The translations under genes were made by a program, and so were the position numbers. Of a DNA stretch of 64,000 bases, positions 26,027 to 39,599 are shown one piece after another. The stretch covers positions 3,348,001-3,412,000 of the forward strand of contig NC_043003.1 in the NCBI RefSeq assembly GCF_006345805.1. The letters run 5' to 3'. The stretch's first letter is position 1; each line of letters starts with the position of its first letter. The notes below the pieces were generated by a model, which worked only from the letters and a program-made list of their open reading frames with translations, did not search any database and was not told the origin of the DNA. This DNA comes from Octopus sinensis. Its lineage: Eukaryota.

Positions 26027-26909
26027 GTACTGCCCGGAATCGAACTTATGGCCTTGCAATTGAAAGCTGATTGCTCAAACCACAAAGCCACCACACGCCT
26101 TCACACCAGTTTAAGCGTGAAATCTTATTGTCATAAATAAAACGTTCAGAATCTGTTTTTGCTGTTATCAGTGTTGACAGCAAATAAGATTATTGATAGG
26201 AGAGGGTGTTATTGGCAGGAGGGTGGTGGTGGTGGTGGTGAGACGTTTGACATAAATATTATTCCAGGTATTCTGCAGACGTCCTGTCACATAAAATAAA
26301 GGAGAGAACAGCAGGTGTATGGTGATCCACCGAACTTTCGTTCTTTACTAATCACAGTTTACTTTCTGGTAACTTATATTTCTAATCTTTATTTTCTGAT
26401 CTAATAATGTTTGTTACCATAGCAATCAGAAACTGCTGTTTGTTAGTTGGGAATAGATGATAATGTTGATAACGCTGCTCATAATGTCCACACTCAGCCC
26501 CGAATAAAATATTATTTGATTTGTGAACAAATAATTACCAAACACAAATTATCAACATCTCATGTTGATTAGGCACAGAATGCTGTGTTTAATTAATGTG
26601 ATGTTTTTCAAAAATTAGTAGGTATCAAAACAACAATTAATGCTTAACATGTTAATTATTTTGTAACTAAATACTAACAATTATCATGTGCAGAATACAT
26701 TATTTCAACAGTAATTAAGACAATAATACAGGTTGTATAAACTAGCCTATATATATACATCATATCAGCTATATATATATTAGTCTATATAAAATACAGG
26801 TTATATATACACTGTACATACAGAAAATACCAGTCATACAATCTTGTCTATATATATTATAATTTATACAGAATATGAAGAGTATATATATTAAGTGGTT
26901 AATAATAAA

Positions 26910-26965
<56 letters not shown>

Positions 26966-27045
26966 TATATATATAGTGATATAGTATGTGTGCAGAATGT
27001 GGGTTATATAAAATAGGCTACACATTATATGGTCTAAGTAAAATG

Positions 27046-27093
<48 letters not shown>

Positions 27094-27689
27094 TCTATAT
27101 AAAGTAATCTATGCATAGGTATAGCTACATAGCTATGACTGTATGGTTAAGAAGTTCACTTTGCAACTGCATGGTTTCAGGTTCAGTCCCACTGTGCGGC
27201 ACCTTGGACAAATGTCTTTTATTATAGCCCTGGGCCGACCAAAGCTTTGTGAGGGAATTTTGTAGACGGAAACTGTGTGGGAGCCATTTATATATATGTA
27301 TGCTTGTTGACCCCTCCCCCCCAGGTGTTTGTTTACATTCCTGTAACTTAACAGTTCAGCAAAAGAGACTGGTAGAATAATTACCAGACTTTAAAAAAAT
27401 AAACACTGAGGTCAACTTATTCCACTAAAAACCTTTTCAAGACGGTGCCCCAGCATGGCCGCAGTCCTACAGTTAAAACAACTATGTATGATGACCATTC
27501 TTTCAGACAGCTTCATTGTAATATTTGGCAGAGAAGCTTCTGATGGTAAAAATCAGAAAGGATTCAAGAACAGCCAAAATCAAAAGAGGATTATTTAAAT
27601 AATTCTTCAATCTAGACTTTTATTCCTTTGCAGTTTGATTCCTGACACATTGTCTCTCAAGAGGAACATAAAAGTATTTTGTCAATTCC

Positions 27690-28250
27690 GTTCTGCCACA
27701 ATAAAAGACATCACAGTTGCATCCCTCCAGCCTCGTTTTTCAATTCCAACTTAATTGGTTCTAATGCTGATACAACAGTAGGAATAACGTTAACCCATAA
27801 AGCGCTGGGATTTGCACTTACATTGCATGAGCTGCTGAGCACATTTTATGAAAATGAAACTACCATGCACACAAAAAACCCCCAAAAATAGTTAAAATAT
27901 CCTCTTAGTATATAATGGTGGGAAGTTTTACATCATCTGAAAAGCCGTCTTGCATTCTGGAGGGTATCGGAGCGTTTGAATGACATCAGACCCCAACAAA
28001 CGCCCATAAATTAAATGCATCTATCTGGGCCATGATCGTGGCCTGTCAACCTGAGCCTGACGGCCACGGTTGTGTCCAGTCCTGCTTTGTGCTGTGTTGT
28101 CTGGACAGTCAAGAATACGTTTATACCGGAAATAACTTTTATCAATGCAGCTTTTAAAACACAAGGAATATTCAAACATTGCCAATAACCAATTCCTTTT
28201 GGTCTTCACATCTTTAATTACAAGTCATGACCATTCTTCTCTTTGTAACA
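27690..28250 (-). mobile_element. Ancient hAT-like transposase relic
   Basis: LVIKDVKTKRNWLLAMFE...FKSCIDKS (decayed L.LD.KTRWNSL..M.ERF..LK..I) and VVSALEPIKL..RDAT; stops, frameshifts and an intervening segment. Confidence 0.5.
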
Positions 28251-29419
28251 GATTTCTGAAGTCTTTTATCCTTTACTTGTTTCAGTCATTAGACTGTGGC
28301 CATACTGGGGCATTGCTCTGAAGAATTTTCAATCAAATGAATTGGCCCCAGTAATTCGTTTCTCTTTTTAATGCTGGTACTTATTCTATCCATTTCTTTT
28401 GCCAAACTGCTAAGTCACAGGGACATAAATATACCAACACAGGTTGACACACACACATATATACACACGGAGGGCTTCTTTCAGTTTCTGTCTACCAAAT
28501 CCACTCATAAGGCTTTGGTCAGTCCAAGGCTAGAATAGAGGACACTTGCCAATGGTGCTACACTGAGGGACTGAACCCAGAACCATGTGGTTGAGAAGCA
28601 AGCTTCTTACCACACAGCCATACCTGTGCCAAGTTTTTTTGGGGTTTTTTTCTATGTAGTATTACAAATGAACAAAATGGTTGGCATTCAGAAGAGGCAT
28701 CCAACTTGACAGACCCTGCGCCAATGCAGACATTGGAGCTGTGCACAGGCCTCTGACTTGTCAATTCATGTCAAATTGTTCAACCCATTGCCAGAAGAGG
28801 AAAAGGGGATGTTAAATGATGGTGATGATGGTGATGATGGTGATGATGATGGTGATGGCAGTGACAAGGTTTAACCCCTTAGCATTCAAACTGGCAATAC
28901 CTGGCCAAAATATTCTACTTGTTTTATGCTCAATCTAACTAGATCAGGCTTCTCACACCTACCCTGCAATGTCATGATTAATTCAAAACAAAGTGAATCA
29001 ATGAAGCTGGCATTTAACAGAGACATCTGAATGCTAAAAGGTTTTCTTTTTTTCTTTAACAGAACGGTCTTCTACATTAACAGCTGTTTTGCTGTGTTTA
29101 GTTTGTGGCAGACTGGCACAGAGTGTATGCCTGTGCAAATTGACAGAGCCAAGTCCAAGAACTCTCTAAACACTTTACCTTTGCAATATATATTCTTTAA
29201 TGTCATATTAAACTTATTTAATCAAACAAAAATGGAAATTTTATTATATAAATGGTACGTAAATGAAATAGTTTGAACATATGAAACAAAATATTGGTCA
29301 AATGGTCACTGATGAAGGTCATGTTATTTATTATAGTGAGTTTTTGAAACAAAAAAATTTGAGAAATGTATATTCTTGTAGCAGCATGTATATACAAACT
29401 GAGGTATGTACAGTGTGTA

Positions 29420-30330
29420 TGTATATCATCATCTTCAATACCATCATTTAACTTCCAATTTCCATGCTAGCATGGGTTGGACGATTTGACTGAGGTCTGG
29501 CAAACCAGATGGCTGCACCAGACTCCAGTCTGATCTGGCAGAGTTTCATAGCTGGATACCCTTCCTAACGCCAACCACTCCGAGAGTGTAGTGGGTGCTT
29601 TTATGTGCCACTCTGGCAGTACTGGCAACGGCCATGCTCGAAATGGTGCTTTTTATGTGCCACCTGCACAGGAGTCAGTCCAGCGGCACTGGCAATGACC
29701 TCGCTTGAATGTTTTGTTCACGTGCCACTGGAACAAATGCCAGTAAAGCAATGCAAGTAACAATCATGCTCAAATGGTGTTTTTTTATGTGCCACTGGCA
29801 TGGAAGCCAAACAGCTGCTCTGGCAGTGATCCCGGTTGGATGGAGCTGTTAGCGCACCACTGGCACAGGTGCCAGTCATCGAATTTGGTTCAATTTCGAT
29901 TTCACTTGCCCCAACAGGTCTTCGCAAGCAGAGTTTAATGTCCAATGAAGGAAAGTTAGCATGAGTGCCAGTCGAATTTGGTTTGATTTCGATTTTACTT
30001 GCCTCAACAGGTCTTCACAAGCAGAGTTTTGTGTCCAAAGGTACACATAAGTGGGCTGGCTACACCCCTGGTAAAGGCCATGGGTTATGGTCTCACTTGT
30101 CTTGCCGGGTCTTCTCACGCACAGCATATTTCCAAAGGTCTCGGTCTCTAGTCATTGCCTCAGTGAGGCCTAATGTTCGAAGGTTGTGCTTCACCACCTT
30201 GTCCCAGGTTTTCCTGGGTCTACCTCTTCCACAGGTTCCTTCAACCACTAGGGTGTGGCACTTTTTCACACAGCTATCCTCATCCATTCTCGCCACATGA
30301 CCATACCAGCACAATCGTCTCTCTTGCACA
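29420..30330 (-). mobile_element. RTE LINE 3' end: ORF2 C-terminus plus long 3'UTR with internal tandem units
   Basis: QERRLCWYGHVARMDEDSCVKKC...GRGRPRKTW..VV..NL..LGL...MT.DR..WKYAVREKTR followed by the UTR and an ATG-repeat tail. Confidence 0.9.
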
Positions 30331-33300
30331 TAACATTATGAAAACGGAGAGGTTATAAATATGGTGTTACAACTTTGCCAGGGCTACCAACACAACAGGC
30401 AAAGATCTATACCATAATGCCCCACAACAAAATGAATGAGTTCTTACAAGTTATTACAAAGAGATTAACTTTTATTTACAAATGCAGACAAGTCATATTT
30501 GTTCACTGGCACATAAAAAGCACCCACGACACTCGCGAAGTGGTTGGCATTAGGAAGGGCATCCAGCTGTAGAAACACTGCCAGATCAAGATTGAAGCCT
30601 GGTGCAGCCATCTGGTTCACCAGCCCTCACTCATCCGTCCAACCCATGCCAGCATGGAAAGCGGACGTTAAATGATGATGATGATTTTACTCCCCTACAC
30701 TACCATTTGATGCAGTACAATTCTTTCAATGGACGAACGCAACACACCAACCTCACTCGCTCACGGTTGGCCACCAACTGGATGACGCCGAAAAAATAGG
30801 TGTTTGCCCTTTACTTGCGCTCTGTCCCCATCTTTGCAAGTTGCCATCTCCATTATATTTATTGTCACTTATCCTTCAATTACCAATAATAAGTCTGAAC
30901 AAGTTTTTAATTTACGAGAAAATTTATATAAGGGATAAAAAATTTTTATCTGAAAAAATGACTTTCTGGGCGAAAACTACAAAATTTCATGGTCGATGAG
31001 GGTCGCTTTGCAGTTGCTTGATAGAGCGAAAATTTTGCATAGATTGTTTTTTGTTAATTGGAACAAGATAGCGGGGTGGGAGTTAAAGTTTTAGAAAGTT
31101 GAAAAATAAGGGCCACTCTAGTGTACACACACACACAGAGTGTATATCCAAACCAAGCATATTTTATCAGTTTGCTATTTCTGATTCATTATCATCATTA
31201 TTTCAATGTCCACATTTCTTATGCTTGCACGAGTCTTATGAAATGTGTTAAGGCAGATTTTCTAGCCAGATGCCTTTCCTGTTGCCAATCCTTACCCTGT
31301 TTCCAAGCAAAATAATATTCCACAGGATTGGGTCATGTTTCCACAGACAACAGAAACGAATAACACTGCCTATATGACAGTGACACTCATTTACGACTAC
31401 GACATGTTGTCAAAGAAATACAAAAATGCCTAGCCACCGCCGTTGCCACTACAACCACCACCACCACCACCACACAATGGGCTTCTTTCTGTTCCAGCCC
31501 ATCAAATTCCCTCATAGGGTCTTGGCTAACTCGGGGGCCATGGCAGAAGACATTTTTACCACATCTGTCACACAGTGAGACTGAAACAGTAACCAAGTGA
31601 TTAGGATGTAAACTCTCCCCCTGCACATCCCAACCGACAACTGTTTTATGTGTTTATTTCTGAATCACTTCAACATGTTACAATGGCAGTAAACAACTTT
31701 GAGTGACAGAAGAGAGAGACACTTGTGAAGGTTCCAGATTATTTAATGCAACTCCATCATCATAAAAACAGAGGCAACACACTTTTACAATGTTTTAACT
31801 CATCATTACACATCAGATTTGCTTAGACAATAGATTCTAACTTACACCATCTTGAATATGATGGCTTTGGAAAAACTGGTGACATCTGGTTCTCGTATAT
31901 ATTGCGCACATGAATGTTTTAAGTGAAAACTACATTTCACATGAATCATCATCATCATACAGGGGAAACAGAACCCCACCACCCTTCAGTCATCAACGAC
32001 CAGGCTATTGTACCCAGAAAGTTCTCCTCCGAGGCACAAGTATGGGTGAGGTTGTTTATGGAAGGCCAGCAGTCACCCATGCACACCAACCTCCCCTCTC
32101 CAAGAGAAAGGGCAAAAGGGGCCGATACAGCTTAGCACCAGCAACGTCATCAATTCCATTTCTACAGCTGAGTGAACTGGAGAAATGTGAAATAAAGTGT
32201 CTTGCTCAAGAACACAACACACAGCCTGATGTTTGTGGACTTTATTGAGGTGAAATTTCTATGGTTGGATGCCCTTCCTGTCACCAACTCTCACCCATTT
32301 CCAAAATTAGGGGCAAAATTTTTCTACGGCCAGATATTTTCATGCAGAACATTGGAAATAAATGTGAATGCTTATATGACAGTGACAATTATTTAAGACT
32401 ATCGTGCAAAGTCAAGACAAGGAGAGACAAACAGACATACACGACAGGCTTCCGTACAGTCTCCATCAATCAAATGCACTCACAAGACTTTGGTTGGCCA
32501 GAGGCTGTATTAGAAAACACTTGGCCAAAGTACCACACAGCAGGACTGAACCCAGAATCATGTGGTTCTTACCACACAGCCACACCTATAAATAAATACA
32601 ATAACCACATTCCTAAGTGTGGACAACATTTTAATCCTCCTCCTCCTCCTCCCCCTCCAATGTACCTTCAAACTTGTCTTGTTGAAACGGTTGTCATGCT
32701 CACAGCTTGATTCAGGGTCTTTTAAAGACCATCACAAACAGCCAAATGAACTCCATATGCCTACGACAGTTGATGCCAAGGTTAATATCCGAACCAAATT
32801 TAAAGATGGGACTTGATCCAATTATATTTTTTCCTAAATCAAGATTGAATTCAGAATATTTTTTCATGAAAATACAATTTTCTTTTTTTTTTTTTTGCAG
32901 ATAAACTTCTATAAATTCTGATTATTCCAGTAATCCAGAATTTACCAAATAATGCTCATTCACAATCAAATCTCTGCAACTTTACAAAGATTTCTATTTT
33001 CTCTAAAGAAATACTGAAGCTTTCACAGTTCTTTCTTTTAATTATTTCATTAGTCAATGTTTTTTAATTCAAACTTTATTGATACAGGATCGTCTGTGTT
33101 AAATAAAAATCATTCATTGATAAAAACCAAACCTAAATATAGGATCTGTAAACTTGGAGACAGACAGACAGACCTGAAGCAGACATGGAGACGAGAGAGC
33201 TTGTCTTTGATGAGGTTGCAAATGTCCATGGAAGCACTTTCACAAACTTGATCGATTGATTGATTAATCAGTTATTAGAGATTAGAAAAATTGGTTAAAT

Positions 33301-33567
33301 GTTCCTCAATTAGCAAAGAATACTAAAAGAAGTGAAAGAGAACCAGTGCATGTGTTTATTATTGACAGAATGATCCTCAAAAGATGCAATAAAATTTGCT
33401 TCAATGCAAGAATTGACATCAAGAATCCAGCAAGCCAAATGCAAAAATTGAACTGGACTGACTTTCCCAATAAAAGCACTTTTAAGTGTTCAGAGAAAAT
33501 TCATAAAAAATGGATGTTTTCCTACAGTTTCAGACTGCTTTTTCATGAAAAATGGTTATTTTCTGTT

Positions 33568-33802
33568 CTATATTTAAGAGATGAGGAATTTGACGGATAT
33601 TTTTCCTCATCTTGTTTGTTGTTAACACATTTTGGCAGATATACCCTCCAGCCTTCATCAGGTTTCTTGGGGAAATTTTGAGCCTGAGTTCTCATTCCTA
33701 AAGTATTTTTCAATGTTATTATTATTATTATTATTATTCAGGTCACTGCCTGGAATCAAACTCAGAATCTTTGGGTTAGTAGCCCGTCAATTGTAAATAA
33801 TG
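33568..33802 (-). mobile_element. PLE-type tRNA-like/hammerhead unit (family C), decayed
   Basis: 15-bp flanking direct repeat TGGTTATTTTCTGTT at 33553-33567 and 33803-33817; core CUGAUGA intact but GAAA changed to AAAA. Confidence 0.75.
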
Positions 33803-36490
33803 TGGTTATTTTCTGTTAATTCTTTTTTGAAAGAGGTTCATCCATTCTAATCGTACTATTTAAAAAAAAAGGAAAGAAAGCGTTTTGTGAACAGTTTAAA
33901 GAATGATCTGTTGAATAATTTGGGTACTTTTAAGATATTTCCAAACAACACTGGCAGGAAACAGAATATAATAACCCCAGAGAACTTCAGATTGTAGCTT
34001 TAGCCAAATTTTGCAGGAATATGGGGTCAGAGAAGCCCTTGAATATGGTTTATATAAAATAGTTCATACATATAGTCTGTATAAAATGGTCTATATAATA
34101 TAGTGTATATAATACGAGCTTTATGGAATGGAGTCAATATATAAAATGAATGATAAATATATTGACTTATTTCAGTAAATCACTTCAAAACATTTTCCAA
34201 AGTTTTCTCACTTCAAACATTTTAGCAATGATCCTTTAGGAGGTTGCCTGACCTGCTAGAAATCAGCCCCATCTCCTTCAAATCACCCCCTTACCTTCAT
34301 ATAAAGAGAAAGAACACAGTGGCTGATTTCGTCTTAGATACAATGAGTCTCCAATAGAGATGCAATGGTCATGGCTGAACCATTTTTAATTACAAGCCTA
34401 TTGGATCAGGGCTAATCTAGGCCTAAACAATAACAAAATAGAGGATCAAATAGAATTAGTGTTTAAAGAAATAAAAAAAAAAAAAAAAAGGCCCAATGAA
34501 GTTTTGTTGGGGGGAAAGGCTGATGAATGAGTGTAAACCAAATTAAATAACTACAGATTAATATGGATTAAGGGGAAGTCAATACTTTAATGTTCAAATA
34601 AGGGGGGACAACTCCATATAGGTTTTGGTCTCATTTCTATCTCCTTAGCAAAGCACAGCTTTCATTGTACATGCTGTAGTAGTGATGAATGAATCCCTAT
34701 GTACATAGACAAACCAGATAATAACTTTGTTTGTAAAAGGTGTGAAAGCTATTCAATCTTTCTATTGAATACTATCTTTTCCTTTTAGCAAAAGTCACAA
34801 AACTTGAGGCAATAATTTAAAGAGCAATAATTTAAATATATTGACTGTGAAATTGTTTTATTAAAGAGTTAAGATTCAACAACTCAGTAGAGTTTATTAA
34901 CGAATTTCAGTTGTCACAGCTGACAAAAGAGTAATTGATTTAAACTCAAAGCTAAGTAGGTCACCAGCTGGAACTAAGTTAAACTGCACTAAACCCATTT
35001 CTAACCTATTCTTCTTTGGTCGTTAGAAGCCAGGTTATATACTTTACAGCAGCTTCTCACTTTAAATAGTTTTTTTTTTGTGTTAAGGTTTAAAAACAGC
35101 AGACAAGACAAATGCAGGTCACCTTAGAAATATTTCATTGCTTCACTGGGCATGGAAGATGCCAGTTGGAGACGACTGTGATTCGGTTGAAATTAAAATT
35201 GCTCGGCACAAGCCACGAGAAGGGAAAAGTAGCTTTGTGTGAGGAGAGAAGATTTTTACATTAAGTATTACAACAACCACACAAGCAAAAAGATTAGGTC
35301 ATCTTTTATTCTAAAATCAATATTTATCAGCAGGTCAACAAATTGTACTTTATTCCCAATGAAATAATCACATTTCATATTTGAAGTTAACAGCTGATCC
35401 TCTTTGCTGGTTTTATCTTTGCAGTTAGCTGCGGGCCTGCTGTAAGCTTTATACACCTTATGCACACGCTCTGCCGGTAACTGAACATTTTACAACTACT
35501 GAAACCCCCTCAATATAATAATCCTCATAATCAGTTGCAGGATGACCCTTTGAATTACAGCTGCAGTCCATTCATTAGGCTTCCTTACAGTTTCCATCTT
35601 CACATTTTCGATTAAATGCCTCGAGTTGATCCAGGGCTATGGTAGAAAATACTTGCCCAATGTGCTACAGAGTAGGATTGAAACAGGGACCACTTAACCG
35701 TGAACCTCTTGTCCATATGTCCATATTAGAATTGACATTTATGCAGTTTACTATAAGGATTTCTTGACCACCAGGTGGACAGCGAAGGTAGTTGCCAAGA
35801 CATGGGGATTGAGAGTTGCAGGAAATTATTTGCAACAAATCTTTCACATCCTACTCAGGTGAGAGGGGTCTTATCTTGTAGACCTCACTGGTGCTGATGT
35901 CGTGAAAAGCACCCAGTACACTTTGGATCCAGCTGTAGAAACCATGCCAAAGCAGACATAGAACTTGGCACTGCCTTTTGGCTTGTCTGTTTTTGTCAAA
36001 CCATCCAACTCATGCCAGCATGGAAAATGGGAACATTAAATGATAATGATGAAGATCAGAAGATTCAATGTATTGCCATTGCTATTTTTTGCTGTTATTT
36101 TAATGGCAAAGTGAGGGGAGGAATGGCAGCACTCAAGACCCTTTTTAGGAATCTTCATGGCTGATGAGAACAAGTGAATTTCAAACAAGAAACCAAATTT
36201 ATTAACAACGGAGCTGATTTGACTAAGCACATGCAAAGGCCAGTTGATGGTGTTAAGTCAAGAATTGGAATCAGCCTTTCCAAAATTTCACTCACAAGGA
36301 TTTTATTAACCTCAAACTGTGGTAGAAGACACTTGCTGAATGTACTGTGTAGTGGGATTGAAACTAGAACTTCTCAACTTCATTATAAACTTCTCAAACA
36401 CACAACCAGTAGAATACAAGGCTCCAGCTGGCCTCAATACTGCTGGTAAAGCAGTTATCAAAGTTGCAAAAACATACTCCTGCTGTATTA

Positions 36491-36734
36491 AATTTAAGAG
36501 ATGAGGAATTATGTACATTATTTACACAGGCAAAGATTCCGAGTTCAATTCCAGGCAGTGACCTGAATAATAATAATAATAACAACAACATCGAGAAATA
36601 CCTTAGGAATGAGAACCCAAGTTCGAAATTTCCTTAACACACCTGATGAAGGCTGGAGAGTATATCAGCCGAAACGTTGTGTTAACAACAAACAAGATGA
36701 GGACAAATATCCGTCGAATGTAAATAATGAACAT
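36491..36734 (+). mobile_element. Family C unit with intact hammerhead and an inverted copy of its own 3' end at the 5' side
   Basis: B-box region, (AAT)n, hammerhead, 3' end. 36511-36526 is the reverse complement of 36719-36734 with 1 mismatch. Confidence 0.75.
36639..36682 (+). ncRNA. Minimal type-I hammerhead ribozyme motif (family C)
   Basis: ACAC-CUGAUGA-A-GGCUG(GAGAGUAUAU)CAGCC-GAAA-CG-UU|GUGU; palindromic ACGU in place of stem III. Confidence 0.7.
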
Positions 36735-36924
36735 GCTCCTGCTGTTTGATGGTCCCTTTGTTTGTGAAACTTGGGTAATTGCATTAACAAGAGGGAAGTA
36801 CAGCATGAGGGATGCTGACATGGTGAAGTTTTAAAGTAGAAGCCAAAGATTTGAGAGGGACTATGTAGAACATACGAGGTGGATTAGATGGTTAACTAAT
36901 TGCTATCCTGCTACAATAATTTAA

Positions 36925-37149
36925 CCCATTAAGTCCCACTGTCCTATAAATAGGACACTAAATGAGAACCTTAAATAAGCTATACGACATTGTCCCAGTG
37001 TCCTATTTATAGGACACCGAGTATTTCCATTTCTACTTGAAGTAAAGGAGTTTTAATAATTATTTTTTTCATTTTAACCTATTTTCAATCATCTGTAAAA
37101 CATTTTAAAAGTAATATTCAGAAATTTAAGCACTCTGGGACTTAATGGG
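36925..37149. mobile_element. Intact piggyBac-type MITE (225 bp)
   Basis: Perfect 14-bp TIR CCCATTAAGTCCCA, TTAA on both sides (36921-36924, 37150-37153), and two internal near-palindromes TGTCCTATAAATAGGACAC / GTGTCCTATTTATAGGACAC. Confidence 0.92.
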
Positions 37150-37904
37150 TTAACTTATGTAGACTATCAAAACCAAAGAGATCTGCAAGAATTTGTGGAA
37201 AAAATCAGGATGGTTTTTAGAAGCCAATGTGGATGGAAGATGGACAAGTAATAAGATTGGCAGTGATTATTGCATTTTAGGGTACACAATTCATTAGAAA
37301 CACTGATAGATTCTGATTTATTTCAATGTCATTTGAATGGATTGCTTAAATGGATTTTAATCACTGACTAATGACTAATTACCATTCCTCCACTTTCACT
37401 CCAATCACTGACAGATTAAAAGAATCATTCTCTTTTTTTTTTTTTTGCAGCTCACTTTTATAACAGAAGCACGTATTAGTTAAATTGTCACATCATACAC
37501 GTATGCACTTATATAAGCACACACATGTTTTAATGTACACATACACTTGCATGTATACACAGACATTCACAAAAAATACTTTACAAAACACACACACACA
37601 CATTTTCTTCTACATTCCAGCTAACAAAATATTCCATTATAACACTTCAAGCAGAAGAGCACTTATTTCATCAGCTCCTTTGCTACGAGTCATTTCATAA
37701 ACACTGAACCACAGTTTAGAGATCCCTTGATTGCTTGCTCAGAATTACCATTTAGCCAAATCTAGCAGCTATTTTACCATCTATGACATTCTTTCAGCTG
37801 GTCAGTAGAAAATATATTCCATTTGCTGTGTCTGTTCCAAGCTACATTCTATAGTTTATTTCTAAATTATTATGAACAAAATCCATTTTCAAATATATCA
37901 TGGC

Positions 37905-38590
37905 CACATGATGCCGTGCGTGAGAAGACCCAGCAAGCCAAATGAGACCATAATCTCGTGGCCTATGCCAGGGGTGTAACCAGCCCACTTATGTCTACCT
38001 TTTCCTTCTTTGGACACTAAAACTCTGCTTGCGAAGACCTGTTGAGGCAAGTGAAATCAAAATCAAATTCGATGACTGGCATCAAAGAGCACCATACAAG
38101 TGTGATCGTTGACAGAGCGGCTATCTGGCCTCCGTGCCGGTGGCATGTAAATGACACCATCTGAGTCTGATCGTTACCAGCATCGGCTTACTGGTACTCA
38201 AGCCCCATGCTAGTAGGGAACTAAGAGCACCATCGGAGCGTGATCGTTGACAGAGCAGCTATCTGGCCTCCATGCCGGTGGCACATAAAAGACACCATTC
38301 GAGCGTGATCGTTACCAGCATCACCTTACTGGCACCTGTGCTGGTGGCATGTGTAAAAGATTCGAGCATCATCGTTGCCAGTACCGCCTGACTGGCCCCG
38401 TGCTGGTGGCACATAAAAAGCACCCACTACACTCTCAGAGTGGTTAATGTTAGGAAGGACATCCAGCTGTAGAAACACTGCCAGATCAAGATTGAAGCCT
38501 GGTACAGCCATCTGGTTCGCCAGCCCTCAGCCAAACCGTCCAACCCATGCTAGCATGGAAGGCGGATGTTAAACGATGATGATGATGATG
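37905..38590 (+). mobile_element. RTE LINE 3' end (last codons AVREKT.QAK* plus 3'UTR with duplicated about 140-bp units and (GAT)n tail)
   Basis: Reverse-complement homology to 29420-30130. Confidence 0.88.
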
Positions 38591-39289
38591 ACATATCATG
38601 TTGAATAGAGCAAACCAGGTTGAAGTTTTTCCTAAGACCAGGATACAATATGTTTCCATCCTGGGCCAATCTTATGGGGGTTGCAAGAGTGACACTTAAG
38701 GGGGGTGACTATGCACCATTGGAGAATAATCTAGTAAAATGTAAATCCTTCCTTGTAGAATCTTGAACCCGTTCTGCTAGAACACAAGAGCCATGTATCA
38801 CCTTAGATGCAAAAAGAAACTGATACCACAAATGCATCTGGTAGTTTTTCACATGTAAAGGTGTAAAAAAACCCCAAAAAGCCAAGACCAGGACTTTTGA
38901 ATGGTGCCATACCAAAAGTGTAGATAGGAATGAAATAACAGTGGACCACAAAACTAGAATAATTGTGTTGCAGACATTTAAGATTTAGAAATATAGATAT
39001 AATATATAAATAATGATAGACAGACCTATAGATCGACTGATACCTATGGATATGATAAGGTATAAAGAATAAGTGATAGACAGATAGATAGAAATAAATG
39101 ATAAAGTCAAAAACATCAACTACATATAGTAAAAATTGTTTGCCAACATGACATGGCAGTCCTGGGTTAGGAGGAATGTTGCTGTTTTAGCCCCAGGAGA
39201 CATCATCTCCAGCTGGCTATACGACACAATCTGTGTCCTTATATTTTCAAACAAGGGAATCTATCACCCCCACTCAGCTCAAAATGATA

Positions 39290-39334
39290 TCTGTGTATCG
39301 CAATTTCTGGGTTATTTCCCTTCATCAGCACAGA
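39290..39334 (-). ncRNA. Minimal type-I hammerhead ribozyme motif (family A, second copy)
   Basis: UCUGUG-CUGAUGA-A-GGG(AAAUAA)CCC-A-GAAA-UUGCGA-UA|CACAGA; lies within repeat 39136-39345. Confidence 0.78.
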
Positions 39335-39599
39335 ATAATAGTTCAACTAGAGATGGCGCTGCCAAATTCCCGTTTGAAATATACAGTTTTCAAAGTGACA
39401 ACTAATCACTGATCTATAAATTATATCTTATGGAAAGGTAAAATCTGTAGAGATTCTACCTTCTAAACTTCAAAACATGACTTCAAGACATTAATTTAAA
39501 AACCTCTGTCACTGTTGTGCCATCCTTAACCACAAGTTTGCTTGTAATCCACAAGATGTATATTAGACTTTAAAAAAAAACATCTTAGGAAAATGAGTC

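Noticed and set aside
29305-29360. CUGAUGA followed by a distant GAAA (similar strings at 36161 and 47342)
   Set aside because: No coherent stem I/II/III set, or GAAA is missing; expected by chance in AT-rich DNA.
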